Positions 1 to 11,570 of a DNA stretch of 64,000 bases are shown here, piece after piece (the stretch's first letter is position 1; every line of letters starts with the position of its first letter). The DNA comes from Pristiophorus japonicus. Lineage: Eukaryota. Location: assembly GCF_044704955.1 (NCBI RefSeq), contig NW_027251778.1, positions 372,001 through 436,000 on the forward strand, given 5' to 3'. The position numbers and the translations under genes were made by a program. The notes beneath the pieces were generated by a model, which worked only from the letters and a program-made list of their open reading frames with translations, had not been told where the DNA came from and did no database searches.

Positions 1-262
1 GCCGAACCGGCTGTCGCTTGGAGCGGGGCTCACCGCTGAAATGCACTGTTACCAGAACGACACCAGCGAAAATTACATGTACTGGTACCGGCAGCGTAGC
101 GGGTCAGGCTTCCAGCTCATAGCGACCTCGTTCTCCATCAGCGACCCCACGCCTGAAGACAGTTTCAAGGAGAGGTTTAAAGGCACCAGACGCGATATTA
201 AATCTTGCATACTGAGCCTGGAGCCGGTTGACATGGTGGTGTATTACTGCGCTGCCAGTGAT
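1..262 (+). pseudogene. TRBV: TCR beta V segment (V1, 5'-truncated by window); open frame but probably non-functional RSS
   Basis: Reads PNRLSLGAGLTAEMHC...MYWYRQ...VYYCAASD, with the canonical C, W and YYC. Close paralog of V3, but has a 9-nt FR3 deletion (KSCILSLEP vs KSCSLKVLSVAP) and heptamer CGCAGTG. Confidence 0.85.
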
Positions 263-301
263 CGCAGTGATGCAAGCAGGATTAGCCCGACGTCAAAAAC
301 A
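263..301 (+). other. 23-RSS of V1 with mutated heptamer
   Basis: CGCAGTG (263-269) + 23 nt + TCAAAAACA (293-301). The invariant CAC is broken. Confidence 0.85.
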
Positions 302-489
302 CATCACCTCTCACACTGAGCCGAAAACTGACTTAAGCAGAGTTAAAAAAGTCACCTTCTCATCGATGAATGCTCAGCACGTTTTCTGGTGACTGCAACG
401 TGTTGAATAAGGGCATCTATTCTAATTTAGAATAATCAAAAAAGATTTCTGGATACCAAATCAAACGGATTATTTCAACCAAATTCTTT

Positions 490-1070
490 ATGATAACATA
501 TGAAATAAGAGCATGGGTGGGCCATTCAGCCCCTCGAGCCTGCTCCGCCTCTCAATAAGGTCAGGGCTGATCTGATTATGGACTCAGTTCCACTTCGCCG
601 CCTATTCCCCATAACCCTTGCCTTCCTTATCAATCAAAAATCTGTCTGTCTCCACCTTAAATATATTCAATGACCCAACCTCCACAGGTCTGTGGGGTGG
701 AGAATTCAAAAGTTTCATGAACCTCTGACCGAAGAAATTCCTCCACATCTCCGTCTTAAATATGCGGTCTCTAATTCTGAAACTATGTCCCCTAATTCTA
801 GATTCCCCCCAGGAGGGGAAACATCCTCTCTGCATCTCCCCTGTCGAGCCTCCACTGAATCTTATACTTTTGAATAAGATCACCTCATTCCTCTAAACGC
901 CAATGTGTACATGCGCAACCTGCTTAACCTTTCCTCAGAAGGGAACCACCTCATCTCAGGAATCAACCACGTGAAGCTTCTCTGAACAGCCTCCAATGCA
1001 AGTATATACTTCCTTAAATAGGGAGAGCAAAACTGCACACAGTACTCCAGGTGTGGTCTCACCAACGCAC
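490..1070 (-). mobile_element. CR1-type LINE 3' fragment
   Basis: Minus-strand ORF2 C-terminal remnants LVRPHLEYCVQFCSPYLRK and FKTEMWRNFF, followed by a CR1 3' tail. Confidence 0.85.
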
Positions 1071-1369
1071 TGTTGGAAGCAGATTCAGCTTTTAAAAGGA
1101 ATTTTGGATATATACTTGCAAAGAACAACAACATGTCGGGCTATGGGGAAAAAGCAGGGGTTGGGATAGTCCTATTCATTGCATGATGCAGACTGCACGG
1201 GCTAGCTTGGCTCCTTCTGCGCTCTGTGAATTTGTGCAGATTTTCTGCCTCCAATATAATTTTTAGTTGTTGCTTGCTCTCTTCCTTGATCCACAGAATT
1301 AAACTTCAGTCAAATGCCTCGTTGATTGCGTTTCTGATCGATCTTAATTGAGCCCCTATTCCTTTCCAG

Positions 1370-1675
1370 GTAATGCGCTGTCAGGCCCGCTCGCCCAGTG
1401 GCCCGCTACCATTGTTGCAGTACAGCAAGGCAGCGCCGAACTGAGTTGTTTCCGCAATGGATTCGCCCGTCAGACCCTGCTTTGGTATAAATTCGTCGGA
1501 GAGGGGCCCGTGATAATTGGCTATTTCATCTGGTCGTCGCAACCCCAAATGGCAGAAGAATTGAAGGCGAGATTTCACATGGCACGAAGCGAGAGTGCAA
1601 GGAAAGCCATCCTCCGCATTAGCGGCTTGCGAGCGAGCGACCAGGCGGTGTATTACTGCGCCGATAGCGTTGGAG
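1370..1675 (+). CDS. TRBV: TCR beta V segment (V2), V exon; different family from V1/V3; no leader exon found
   Basis: Acceptor cctttccag|G at 1369/1370. Reads GNALSGPLAQWP...AELSC...LLWYK...LRISGLRASDQAVYYCADSVG and is followed by a 23-RSS. Confidence 0.92.
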
Positions 1676-1714
1676 CACAGCGATACAGGCAGAGGCACAA
1701 CCCGGTCCCAAACC
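1676..1714 (+). other. 23-RSS of V2
   Basis: CACAGCG (1676-1682) + 23 nt + TCCCAAACC (1706-1714). Confidence 0.85.
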
Positions 1715-2134
1715 TCCTGAAACTGATTGCTTTGTGCAGATCCGTTACACGTATTTCCATCATTCCCCAGGTGATCTGAATTTTCAGTCTCTCCTTCTCT
1801 CTGTCTCGAGAACGAAAGGAAAGAAGAAAGGTAGAAGCAGGAATGAAGGAGAGAATGAAAGTAATAAAAATTGAGAGAAGGAATGAAAGAAAGAAGGAGA
1901 GAAAGAAAGGAGGGGAGGAAGAAGCAAGGGAGAAAGTAAAAAGGAGCGAAAGGAAGAATGTTTTGTATCTGCACAAAGCTCATATATGTCAACCGTTCAA
2001 AACTTAATGAAACTGGCGAGCAGTGAACAGATTGCACATTAGAACAGCAGTCCTGTGAATTAATTATTCTTACATCTATACCTCAGAAACAAGCATTCGC
2101 ATTGCCCGAATGAGGAGAAGTTCTATTGGGCAAT

Positions 2135-2160
2135 CTTGCAATGACGTTACTTCCTCCACC
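2135..2160 (+). promoter_or_regulatory. Candidate V3 promoter element: CRE-like decamer plus ETS core
   Basis: AATGACGTTA (2140-2149) resembles the TRBV decamer AGTGAYRTCA. It overlaps ACTTCCT and lies about 100 nt upstream of the leader ATG. Confidence 0.45.
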
Positions 2161-2242
2161 AACCAGAAAACGAGGTGCAAGAAGCGATAAGATCCCATTG
2201 AGTGCCAGCAGGGCTGGACTGGGAGGTGGAAAGTCTCTGATC

Positions 2243-2288
2243 ATGATGTGCACTGTTTGCCTATATACACTGTTGCTGGTTCTCGCAG
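2243..2288 (+). CDS. TRBV: Leader (signal peptide) exon of V3
   Basis: Encodes MMCTVCLYTLLLVLA with a phase-1 donor G|GTAAC. Splices in frame to 3078. Confidence 0.88.
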
Positions 2289-3077
2289 GTAACTCTTTAC
2301 ACCAGCCTGGAAATTCGGGCCAGTTTAATCGAGTAACTTATATTCGGGTTGTTGAATGTACGCTGCAATCAGTTAGATCACTAAAAGGGTTTACAATTGT
2401 TTATCGCAGCGAGTTGTTAGGATAAGTGGTGTCCTGCCTGAGAGGGAGGTGAAACACATTCAATAGTAATTCGGAAAAGGCAATTGCTGAAGGGGGAAAT
2501 TCTGCAGATCTGTGGGGAGAAGATGTGTCGGAGTAGGAATAATCGGGAGGTTGTTTCAAAGAGACAGCACTGCAAGTTCAACCAAATGGTCTGCTACCCT
2601 GCTGTAACACCCGATATTCCTACAAATCCATTATTTTGTGGCCTAATTGGTTTCTAAATATATGTCACGTGCCTCATCGCCTCCCTTTGAGCTGATAGTT
2701 GGACGGGCCGAGGCAGCGCGTCCCGGCCGATTGACCAGGTGAGTGAGCCAAACCAGTCCGTCTCCATAGACTGGTGGACGATGCAATGGAGTCAGAATCG
2801 GCGGCGCAGATGATGAGCGGATCCCGCTAACATGTTACCCATCCCCCCGCCACCTCAGCATTGGGCACTGAGGCCAAATCTAGCGATTTGGCGCCACTCC
2901 GGTCATGATCAGCTGACACTAGGCGATCCACAAATGACGAGTCTGTATTTTAGTTCGCTGAACTATTCGACTGTGCTTTGCATCGCGCGTTTTGACAGAA
3001 ATTGTCTCTCTCTTTCTCTCTATCCCTGTTGTAGATGTTTATATTTGACCCGCACTGTTTCTCCTGTTCATCTGTAG

Positions 3078-3382
3078 CCCCTTGCAGGAGCGCTGTGGTG
3101 TCCCAGTGGCCGAAGCGGCTGTCGCTTGGAGCGGGGCTCACCACTGAAATGCACTGTTACCAGAACGACACCAGCGATATGTACATGTACTGGTACCAGC
3201 ATCGCAGCGGGGCAGGTTTCCAGCTAATAGCGACCTCGATTGGCATCAACGAACCCGCCACGCCTGAAGACCGTTTCAAGGACAGGTTTGAAGGCACCAG
3301 ACCCGATCTGAAATCCTGCAGCCTAAAAGTACTGAGCGTGGCGCCAGCTGACACAGCGGTGTATTACTGTGCTGCCGGTGAT
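3078..3382 (+). CDS. TRBV: TCR beta V segment (V3), V exon; D-proximal V
   Basis: Acceptor tctgtag|CC. Reads APCRSAVVSQWPKRLSL...EMHC...MYWYQH...SVAPADTAVYYCAAGD. Confidence 0.95.
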
Positions 3383-3420
3383 CACAGTGATTCAAGCAGG
3401 TTTAGCCCCAGTCAAAAACA
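3383..3420 (+). other. 23-type RSS of V3 (22-nt spacer)
   Basis: CACAGTG (3383-3389) + 22 nt + TCAAAAACA (3412-3420). Confidence 0.85.
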
Positions 3421-3488
3421 CACCACCCTCGAACACTGAGCTGAAAACTCACTTAAACAGAGATCACAAAGTCTCCTGCACTTCGATG

Positions 3489-5435
3489 GCCCCTCGAGCA
3501 TGCTCCGTCATTCAATTAGATTATGGCTGATCTGATCATGAAGTCAGCTCCACTTCGCTACCCGCTGCCCATAACCCTTCACTCCCTTATCGCTCATAAA
3601 TCTGTCTATCTCCGCCTTAAATATATTCAATGATCCGGCCTCCTCAGCTCTATGGGTTAGGGAATTCCATACATTTTCTAGCTTCTGGGAGAAGAAATTC
3701 TTCCTCATCTTAGTTTTAAATTGGCGGCCCTTTATTCTAAGATTAAGTCCCCTACTTTTAGTTTCTGCTATGAGTGGCAATATCCTCTCTGCGTCCACAT
3801 TCTCGAGCCTCCTCATTATTCTATACGTTTTCTTTACTTTATCTCTCAACCACCTCTTCTGCAGAATCAACCTCTTCAACTTTCCCTGAGCAACTTGCAA
3901 TGCACGTATATCCATCCTTAAATACGGAGACCAAAACTGAACGCAGTACTCCAGATGTGGCCTCAACAATACCCTGTATAACTGTAGCAGGACTTCCCTG
4001 CTTTTATACTCCATCCCCTTTGCAATAAAGGCCAAGATTCCATTGGCCTTCCTGATCACTTGCTATACCTGCATATTATCCTTTTGTGTTTCATGCACAG
4101 GGATCCCCAGAACCTGCAGCACTTTGCAATTTTTCTCCATTTCAATTATAATTTGCTTTTCTATTATTTCTGCCAAATTTCATAAACTTACATTTTCCGA
4201 AAGTATATAGCATCTGCCAAATTTTTGCCCACTCACTTAACTTGTCCACATTCCTTTGCAAATCTTTTTGTCATCCTCACAATTTGCTTTGTCTCATCAT
4301 CAAGCTTGGCTACATTGCACTCCGTCCCTTCATCGCAGTCATTAATAAAGATTCTAAATAGTTGAGGCCCCATCACCGATGCTTGTTCCACGCACTGGTC
4401 ACTGTTTGCCAAAATGACCCGTTTATCCTGACTCTCTGTTTTCTGTTAGTTAACCAATCCTTTATCCATGCTAATATATTACCGCCAACCCCGTGAATTA
4501 TTATCTTGTACAGTAACTTCTTGTGTGGCACCTTATCGAATGCCTTCGAGAAATCCAAATACACCACATCTACTGGTTCCCCTTTATCCACCCTACTCGT
4601 TGCATCCTCAAAGATCTCCAGAAAATGTGTCAAACATAATTTCCCTTACGAAAAACCATGCTGACTCTGCTTGATTGAATTATGCTTTTCCAAATGTCTC
4701 ACGATGGCTTCCTTACTAATGGACCCCAGCATTTTCCGAACCACAGATGTTAGGCTAAGTGGTCTACAGTTTCCTTCTTTTTGTCTGCCTCCTTTTTTCA
4801 ATAGGGGCGTTACATTTGCGGTTTTCCAATCAGCTGGGACGGCCCAGAATCCAGGGAATTTTGGTAGATTACACCCAATGCATTCACTATCTCTGCAGCC
4901 ACTTATTTTAAGACCTTGGATGGAAGCCACCAGGTCCAAAGGGACTTGTCCGCCGTTAGTCTCTTTATTTAACCGAGTACTACTTCATTAGTGTCCTCCC
5001 TTCCATAGCCGCTTGATTATCCACTATTGGGATGTTTTAGTGTCATCTACCATGAAGACCGATACAAAATATTTATTCAACGTCTCTGTCCTTTTCCTGT
5101 TCCCCATTATTAATTCCCCAGTCTCATCCTCTAGGGGACCAACATTTACTTTAGCCACTCTTTTCCTTTGTATGGACATGTAGAAACTCTTACTATCTGT
5201 TTTTTATATTCCGTGCTAGTTTACTTACATAATCTATCTTTCCTCGCGCTCATTTTTTTAGGCGTTATTTTCTGGCTTTTTTAAAGTTTCCCAGGACTTT
5301 AGCCTTGGCCAATTTGTACGCTCTTATTTTCAATTTGATACCATCACATATTTCCATATTTAGCCACGGATGGTTACCCCTACTCTTAGTCTTTCATTCT
5401 CATGATTTCCCTTTCATAAAACTATGCTGACTGTG
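3489..5435 (-). mobile_element. CR1 LINE, degenerate ORF2 reverse transcriptase fragment
   Basis: Frameshifted motifs DWKTANVTPLLKKG, VDKGEPVDVVYLDFSKAFDKVPH and LRPHLEYCVQFWSPYL. Confidence 0.9.
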
Positions 5436-5575
5436 CTCGAGTACTAACCAATCTAGGCGAGCATTTAGCAAAGAACAAAGAAGTACTGAAAGTTTGCCTA
5501 TTTGTGCACCGTGGAACTCGCAACCTATCAATTCTGCCATTGCTGTCATGCGATCTTTATGGGTGATATGCTACT

Positions 5576-5594
5576 ACACCAGCAGATGGCAATG
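5576..5594 (+). promoter_or_regulatory. Candidate CTCF-binding motif
   Basis: ACACCAGCAGATGGCAATG matches the CCASYAGRKGGC core and lies in a non-repeat island between V3 and D. Confidence 0.5.
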
Positions 5595-5764
5595 TTCGCC
5601 CATGTAATCCCCTTTCTCACTGGAATTCGCATATATGTAGAAAATATGCTTATACCTCTTACCTAAGTATATAGGAAATAAAAATATGATTAGAGTATAA
5701 GGACCCTCGAGCCTGCTCCAGCACGCAGTAAGATCATGGCTGTGTGTGTGTGTGTGTGTGTGTG

Positions 5765-6465
5765 TGTGGTGCATGAAACACAAAAGGTTTGAATGCAGGT
5801 ACAACAAGTGATCAGGAACGCCAATGGAACCTTGGCCTTTATTGCATAGGGGATGGAGTATAAAAGCAGGGAAGTCTTGCGACAAAAGTGCAGGGTATTG
5901 GTGAGGCCACACCTGGAATATTGCGTTTCCATATTTAAGAAGAGAAATCCTTGCTTTGGAAGCAGTTCAGAGAAGGTTCACTAGGTTGATTTCGGAGATG
6001 AAAGGTTTGACTTATGAGGAAAGATTGACTAGATTGGGAATGTACTCATAGGACGTCAAAAGAATGAGAGGTGATCTTATCGAAATATATAAGATTAGGA
6101 GGGGGCTTGACAAGGTGAATGCAGAGAGGATGTTTCCACTGATAGGGGAGACGAGAACTCGGGGGATAATTTTAGAATAAGGGGCATCCCATTTAAAACT
6201 GAGATGAGGAGGAATATCTTCTCTCAGAGGGTGTACATCTGTGAAATTCGCTGCTGCAGAGAGCTGTGGTGGCTGGGTCATTGAATATATTTCAGGCGGA
6301 GATAGACAGTTTCTTAACCAATAAGGAAATAAGGAGTTATGGCGAGTGGGAGCGGGAAGTGGAGCTGTGTCCATGATCGGATCAGCCATGATATTATTAA
6401 ATGGCGGAGCAGGCTCGATGGGCCGCATGGCCTATTCCTGCTCCTATTTCCAATGTCCTTGAGTT
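5765..6465 (+). mobile_element. CR1 LINE 3' fragment
   Basis: Same RT C-terminal and 3' tail sequence as the other CR1 copies, preceded by a (TG)n run. Confidence 0.85.
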
Positions 6466-6904
6466 CTTATGATTTTTTAACTCGACTTCACTTTCCGCCC
6501 AATGCCCATATCCATCAGTGACCTTACTGTCCAAACATCCATAAATATCATTTCTGAATATACACAAAGACAGAGCACCCACATCACCCTGGGGAAGTGA
6601 ATTCCGAAGATTCACAACATTCTGAGTGAAGGAAACTCTCCTCAGATCAGTTCTAAATGGTCAACATCTTATCCTGAGACTATCATGGAATGGTTACCGC
6701 ACAGAACGATCACATTCGGCCCTTCGAGCACGTCAGCCAGTCCCCTTCCCCCTCCATTTGCCTTGGCCCTGCAAATTAATTTTATTCAGATTCTGATTCA
6801 ACACCCTTTCGAAAGAACTCCCGTCTTTCAGGCAGCGAATTCCAGATCATAAACACTCGCTGCGTGAAAAGGTTTTCTTCTCATTTCGCCTTTGCTTCTT
6901 TTAC

Positions 6905-7385
6905 CAAGGCTTCAGAGAGGGTGCAAGAGAAGATTGACGAGAGTTATTTCCGGGATGAGGGACCTCAGTTACGTGGAGATACTGGAGAAGCTGGGGCTGT
7001 TCTCCTTAGAGCAGAGAAGATTGAGAGGAAATTTTGTTGAGATGTTCAAAATTCATGAGCGGTCTGGACAGAGTAGATAGAGAAAAACTGTTCGCATTGG
7101 GAGAAGGGTCGAGAAGCAGAGGACACAGATTTAAGAACCAGAGACGATGGGAGAGAATACTTGTTTTGTGCAGCGAGTGGTATGCGCTGCCTGAGAGTGT
7201 GATGGAGGCAGACTCAATGTTACCTTTCAAAACCAAGATGGATAAGTATCTGAAGGGGAAAACTGCAGCTCTACGGGCAAAGGGTAGGGGATTGGGACTA
7301 GCTAAGGTGCTCTTGCAGAGAGCCGGCACGCGCTGGACGGGCTGAATGGCCTCTTTCCATGCTTTAACCATTTTATGATGCTATG
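6905..7385 (+). mobile_element. CR1 LINE 3' fragment
   Basis: Encodes LEKLGLFSLEQRRLRG and LDRVDREKLF, then a CR1 tail. Confidence 0.8.
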
Positions 7386-7569
7386 AATACACGGTGGAAG
7401 AAGCTGCCAGTATTACTGAAGCAATGCTGCCACCTATGGACCATTTTTCCACAATGCACCTAACTAGCTTTTGTTCACCGTTAATCTGCAAATATCGCAG
7501 AACAGATCAACATCAATCAACTGCGGAGTGTCAAACCCTGTGGAAAAATGTTCCTGATGGATGTCAGCC

Positions 7570-8430
7570 GCGGCTTATTCGGTAGCAGTCTCACGTCTGT
7601 GTCTGAAGCTCCAAAGTACATATCAAACACCGGAGACTTGCAATTAAAATCCACGCTGACACTCCCAGTGCCGAGAGAGTGCAGCACTGCCGGAGGGACA
7701 GTACTGGGGGAGATCCGCACTGTCGGAGCGGAAGTAATGTGGGAGTGCTGCACTGTCGGAGGGGCAGTACTGAGGGAGCCCCGCACTTTCAGAGGGGCAG
7801 TACTGAGGGAGTGCTGCACTGTCGGAGGGGCAGTACTGAGGGAGCCCCGCAATGTCGGAGGGGCACAACTGAGGGAGCGCCGCACTGTCGGAGGGGCAGT
7901 ACTGAGGGAGTGCCGCAGTGCCGGAGGGGCAGTACTGAGGGAGTGCCGCACTGTTGGAGGGACAGTACTGAGGGAATGTCGCACTGTCAGAGGGGCAATA
8001 CTGAGGGAGCACCGCACTGTCGGAGGCGTGGTACTGAGGGAGCACCGCACTGTCGGAGGGGCAGTACTGAGGAAGTGACGCACGGTCGGAAGGGCAGTAG
8101 GGAGGGAGCACCGCACTGTCGGAGGGGCAGTACTGAGGGAGTGTTGCACTGTCGGAGGGGCAGTACTGAGTGTACGCTGCACTGTCGGAGCTATTTTCTA
8201 TTGGATGAGACGTTAAACACAAGACCCGTCTGTCCTCCCACGTGGGACGTAATGGATTCCACAGAAAAAACTTGAAAAAGAGCACAGGGGTTCTGCCCAG
8301 CGTCCATGGGCCAATATTTATACCTCTACCAACATCACTAAAACTGTTTGTCGCTGCATTTATGTCACTGCTGATTGTGGGAGCTTGCTGTGCACAAATT
8401 GGCTGCCGCATTTCCTACATGACAGCAGCA
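7570..8430 (+). mobile_element. Deu-domain-type SINE with internal minisatellite expansion
   Basis: Core GCAGTACTGAGGGAGTGCTGCACTGTCGGAG...GATGAGACGTTAAAC, as in Deu-SINEs (AmnSINE1/SacSINE1 type). Related fragments lie at about 12045-12380 and 16150-16340. Confidence 0.7.
7672..8190 (+). repeat. 33-bp minisatellite, about 15-16 copies
   Basis: Unit GAGGGAGTGCTGCACTGTCGGAGGGGCAGTACT. Explains the overlapping repetitive ORFs at 7517-8411. Confidence 0.9.
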
Positions 8431-8439
8431 GTGCTGCAT

Positions 8440-9125
8440 TTGCAGCAGGTAATCAGGAAGGCGAATGGAATGTTGGCCTTCATTGCGAGAGGGATGGAGT
8501 ACAAAAGCAGGGAGGTCCTGTTGCAACTGTATAGGGTGTTGGTGAGGCCACACCTGGAGTACTGCGTACAGTTTTGGTCACCTTACTTAAGGAAGGATAT
8601 ACTGGCTCTGGAGGGGGTACAGAGACGATTCACTCGGCTGATTCCGGAAATGAGGGGGTTACCTTATGATGATAGATTGAGTAGACTGGGTCTTTACTCG
8701 TTGGAGTTCAGAAGAATGAGGGGTGATCTTATAGAAACATTTAAAATAATGATAGGGATAGACAAGATAGAGGCAGAGAGGTTGTTTCCACTGGTAGGGG
8801 AGACTAGAACTAGGGGGCACAGCCTCAAAATACGGGGAACTAATTAAAAACCGAGTTGAGAAGGAATTTCTTCTCCCAGAGGTTTGTGAATCTGTGGAAT
8901 TCTCTGTCTAAGGAAGCAGTTGAGGCTAGCTCATTGAATGTATTCAAGTCACAGAAAGATAGATTTTTAACCAATAAGGGAATTAAGGGTTACGGGGAGC
9001 GGGCGGGTAAGTGGAGCTGAGTCCACGGCCAGATCAGCCATGATCTTGTTGAATGGCGGAGCAGGCTCAAAGGGCTAGATAGCCTACTCCTGTTCCTAAT
9101 GCTTATGTTCTTATTATGTTCTTAT
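8440..9125 (+). mobile_element. CR1 LINE 3' fragment (relatively intact)
   Basis: Encodes QQVIRKANGMLAFIARGMEYKSREVLLQLYRVLVRPHLEYCVQFWSPYLRKDILALEGVQRRFTRLIP. Confidence 0.9.
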
Positions 9126-9624
9126 GTAGCAGTGACTGTACTTCAAAAGTAATTCATTGGCTGGAAAGTGCAGGATAGAAACGGAGAAACATGGAAAATA
9201 GGTGCAGAAGTAGGCCATTCGGCCCTTCGAGCCTGCACCACCATTCAATATGATCATGGCTGATCATGCAACTTCAGTAACCCATTGCTGCTATAGAAGT
9301 AAATGGAAGTTCGATCCTTAACTGCACGCATCATTCTGAGATAGCCACACAAAAATGGTCCTTTGTTTTCACATTTATCAATAACCGGAGCAGTGATCAT
9401 GACATTAACGTTAATTAACATATGCTGGATTTTTCTTTACTTTTAGGTTTCCTGACAGTAATGTGATTACATATTTCACCATGCCTCAATACACCCAACT
9501 GTCCATTCAGGACAGAAGTGGCAGGAAGCGTATTTTCTTTTAAGTCAGTAATTTGCAAGAAATCCAAAATAAGCCATTTTGTGTTCCACCACTAATTTTC
9601 CATATACTGTATGCCGCTCCGTTA

Positions 9625-11570
9625 GAAAGCCATGATTGAATATGCCAAACCATCCTTTCATGCCAGATTCCAGATCCTAACCACTCACTGCGTGAAAAAG
9701 GTTTTCCTCATGTCACCTTTGTATCTTGTGCCAATCACCTTCAATTTGTATCCTCTGCTTCTCGACCCTTCTGTCAATGGGAGCAGTTTCTCTGTAATTA
9801 CACTGTCTAGACCCCTGATCATTTTGAAGACCTCTATTAACTTTTCTCTCTACTTTCTCTGCTCTCTCGAGAACAACCCCAGCTTCTCCAGCCTCTCCAC
9901 GTAACTGAATCCCTCATCCCCTTGAACCATTCTGGTCAATCTCTCCCTTAACCTTCTCTGCTCTAAGGAGAACAACCACGAATTCTGCACTCTATTCACG
10001 CAACTGAAGACTCTCATCCCTGAAACTATTCATGTAAATCTTTTCTGCATCTTCTGTAAGGCCTTCTCATCGTTCCAAAATTGTGGTGCTCAGAATTGGA
10101 AACAATACTCCACTTGAGGCCGAAACAATATTTCATAAAGCTTCATATGAGGAGAGACTGGATCAACTGGGCTTTTATACATTGGAGTTTAGAAGGATGA
10201 GAGGGGATCTCATAGAAACATGCAAGATTCTGACGGGAGGCGACAGGCTCGAAGCGGGTAGATTGTTCCCGATGTTGGGGAAGTCCAGAACCAGGGGATA
10301 CGGTCTTAGGATAATGGGTAGGCCATTTAGGGCCGAGATGATGAGAAACTTCTTCATTCAGAGAGTTGTGAACCTGCGGAATTCCCTGCCACAGAAAGTT
10401 GTTGAGGTCAGTTCATTGGATATATTCAAGATAGAGTTAGATATGGCTCTTACGGCTAAAGGGATCAAGGGGTATGGAGAGGAAGCAGGAAAGGGGTACT
10501 GAGGTGAATGATCAGCCATGATCTTATTGAATGGTGGCGCAGGCTCGAAGGGCCGAATGAACTACTCCTGCACTATTTTCTATGTTTCCATGTTTCATCA
10601 TAACTTCTTGAATTTTTACGTTTATGAAGCCCAGAATCCCGTATGCTGTTTCAATCGCTTTCTCAACCTGCCCTGCCATCTTCAACGATGTGTGCACATA
10701 TACCCCCAGCTCTCTCTGCGTCCCTTTTAGAATTGCACCCTTTAAGAACATAAGAAATAGGAGCAGGAGAAGGTCATACGGCCCCTCGAGCTTGCTCCGC
10801 CATTTAATATCATTACGGCTGATCCGATCATGGATTCTGGTCCACTTCCCCGCCCGCTCCCCATAAACCCTTATCCCTTATCGTTTAGGAAACTGTCTAT
10901 CTCTGTCTTAAATTCATTCAATGCCCCAGCTTCCACAGCTCTCTGATGCAGGGAATTCCACAGATTTAAAACCGTCTGAGAGAAGAAATTCCTCCTCATC
11001 TCAGTTTTAAATGGGCGGCCCCTTATTCTAAGACCATGCCCCCTAGTTCTAGTCTCCCCCATCAGTGGGAACATCCTCTCTGCATCCACCTTGTCGAGCC
11101 CCCTCTCATAATCTTATACGTTTCGATAAGATCACCTCTCATTCTTCTGAAATCCAATGAGTCGAGGCCCAACCTCATCAACCGTTCCTCATAAGTCAAC
11201 CCCCTCATCTCCGCAATCAACCCAGTTTGTAGTTACCGTGTTTTTATTAGTTACTGTTTTATATTCGTGGGGCTAGTTCGAGACTCTCTCACAAGTGGAA
11301 GCATGTCCTTGGCAGGTCTACTCTGCCAAGCCCCTTCATAATCTTAAAAACCTCCATCAGGTGACCATCAGCTTTCTCACTTCTAGGGAAAAGAGCTGAG
11401 GTTTGTCCCATCTTTCCTGCTAGGTATAACTTCTGAGTCCTGATATCATCCTTGTAAAATTTTTTGTACTTTCTCCAGTACCTCTCTATCCTTTTTTCGG
11501 TGGTATGGAGACCCAGAACCCTGCACAGTACTCTAAAATTCTCACCAAGATTCGATACATTTTAACATAA
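9625..11570. mobile_element. Cluster of nested CR1 fragments in both orientations
   Basis: RT C-terminal remnants on + (10140-10595) and on - (9625-10135, 10595-11225). Confidence 0.75.

Noticed and set aside
2660-2745. Strong donor CAG|GTGAGT inside the V3 leader intron as an alternative leader
   Set aside because: The upstream ATG frame is not hydrophobic and ends in phase 2, out of frame with the V exon.
3489-5435. Intact or active LINE
   Set aside because: All CR1, L2 and RTE copies in the window are 5'-truncated with stops and frameshifts.
7517-8411. Four long overlapping ORFs (176-255 aa)
   Set aside because: They are translations of a stop-free 33-bp minisatellite.
9430-9545. Plus-strand acceptor-like tttctttacttttag followed by a short open frame
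   Set aside because: No recognisable product, no donor and no partner exon.
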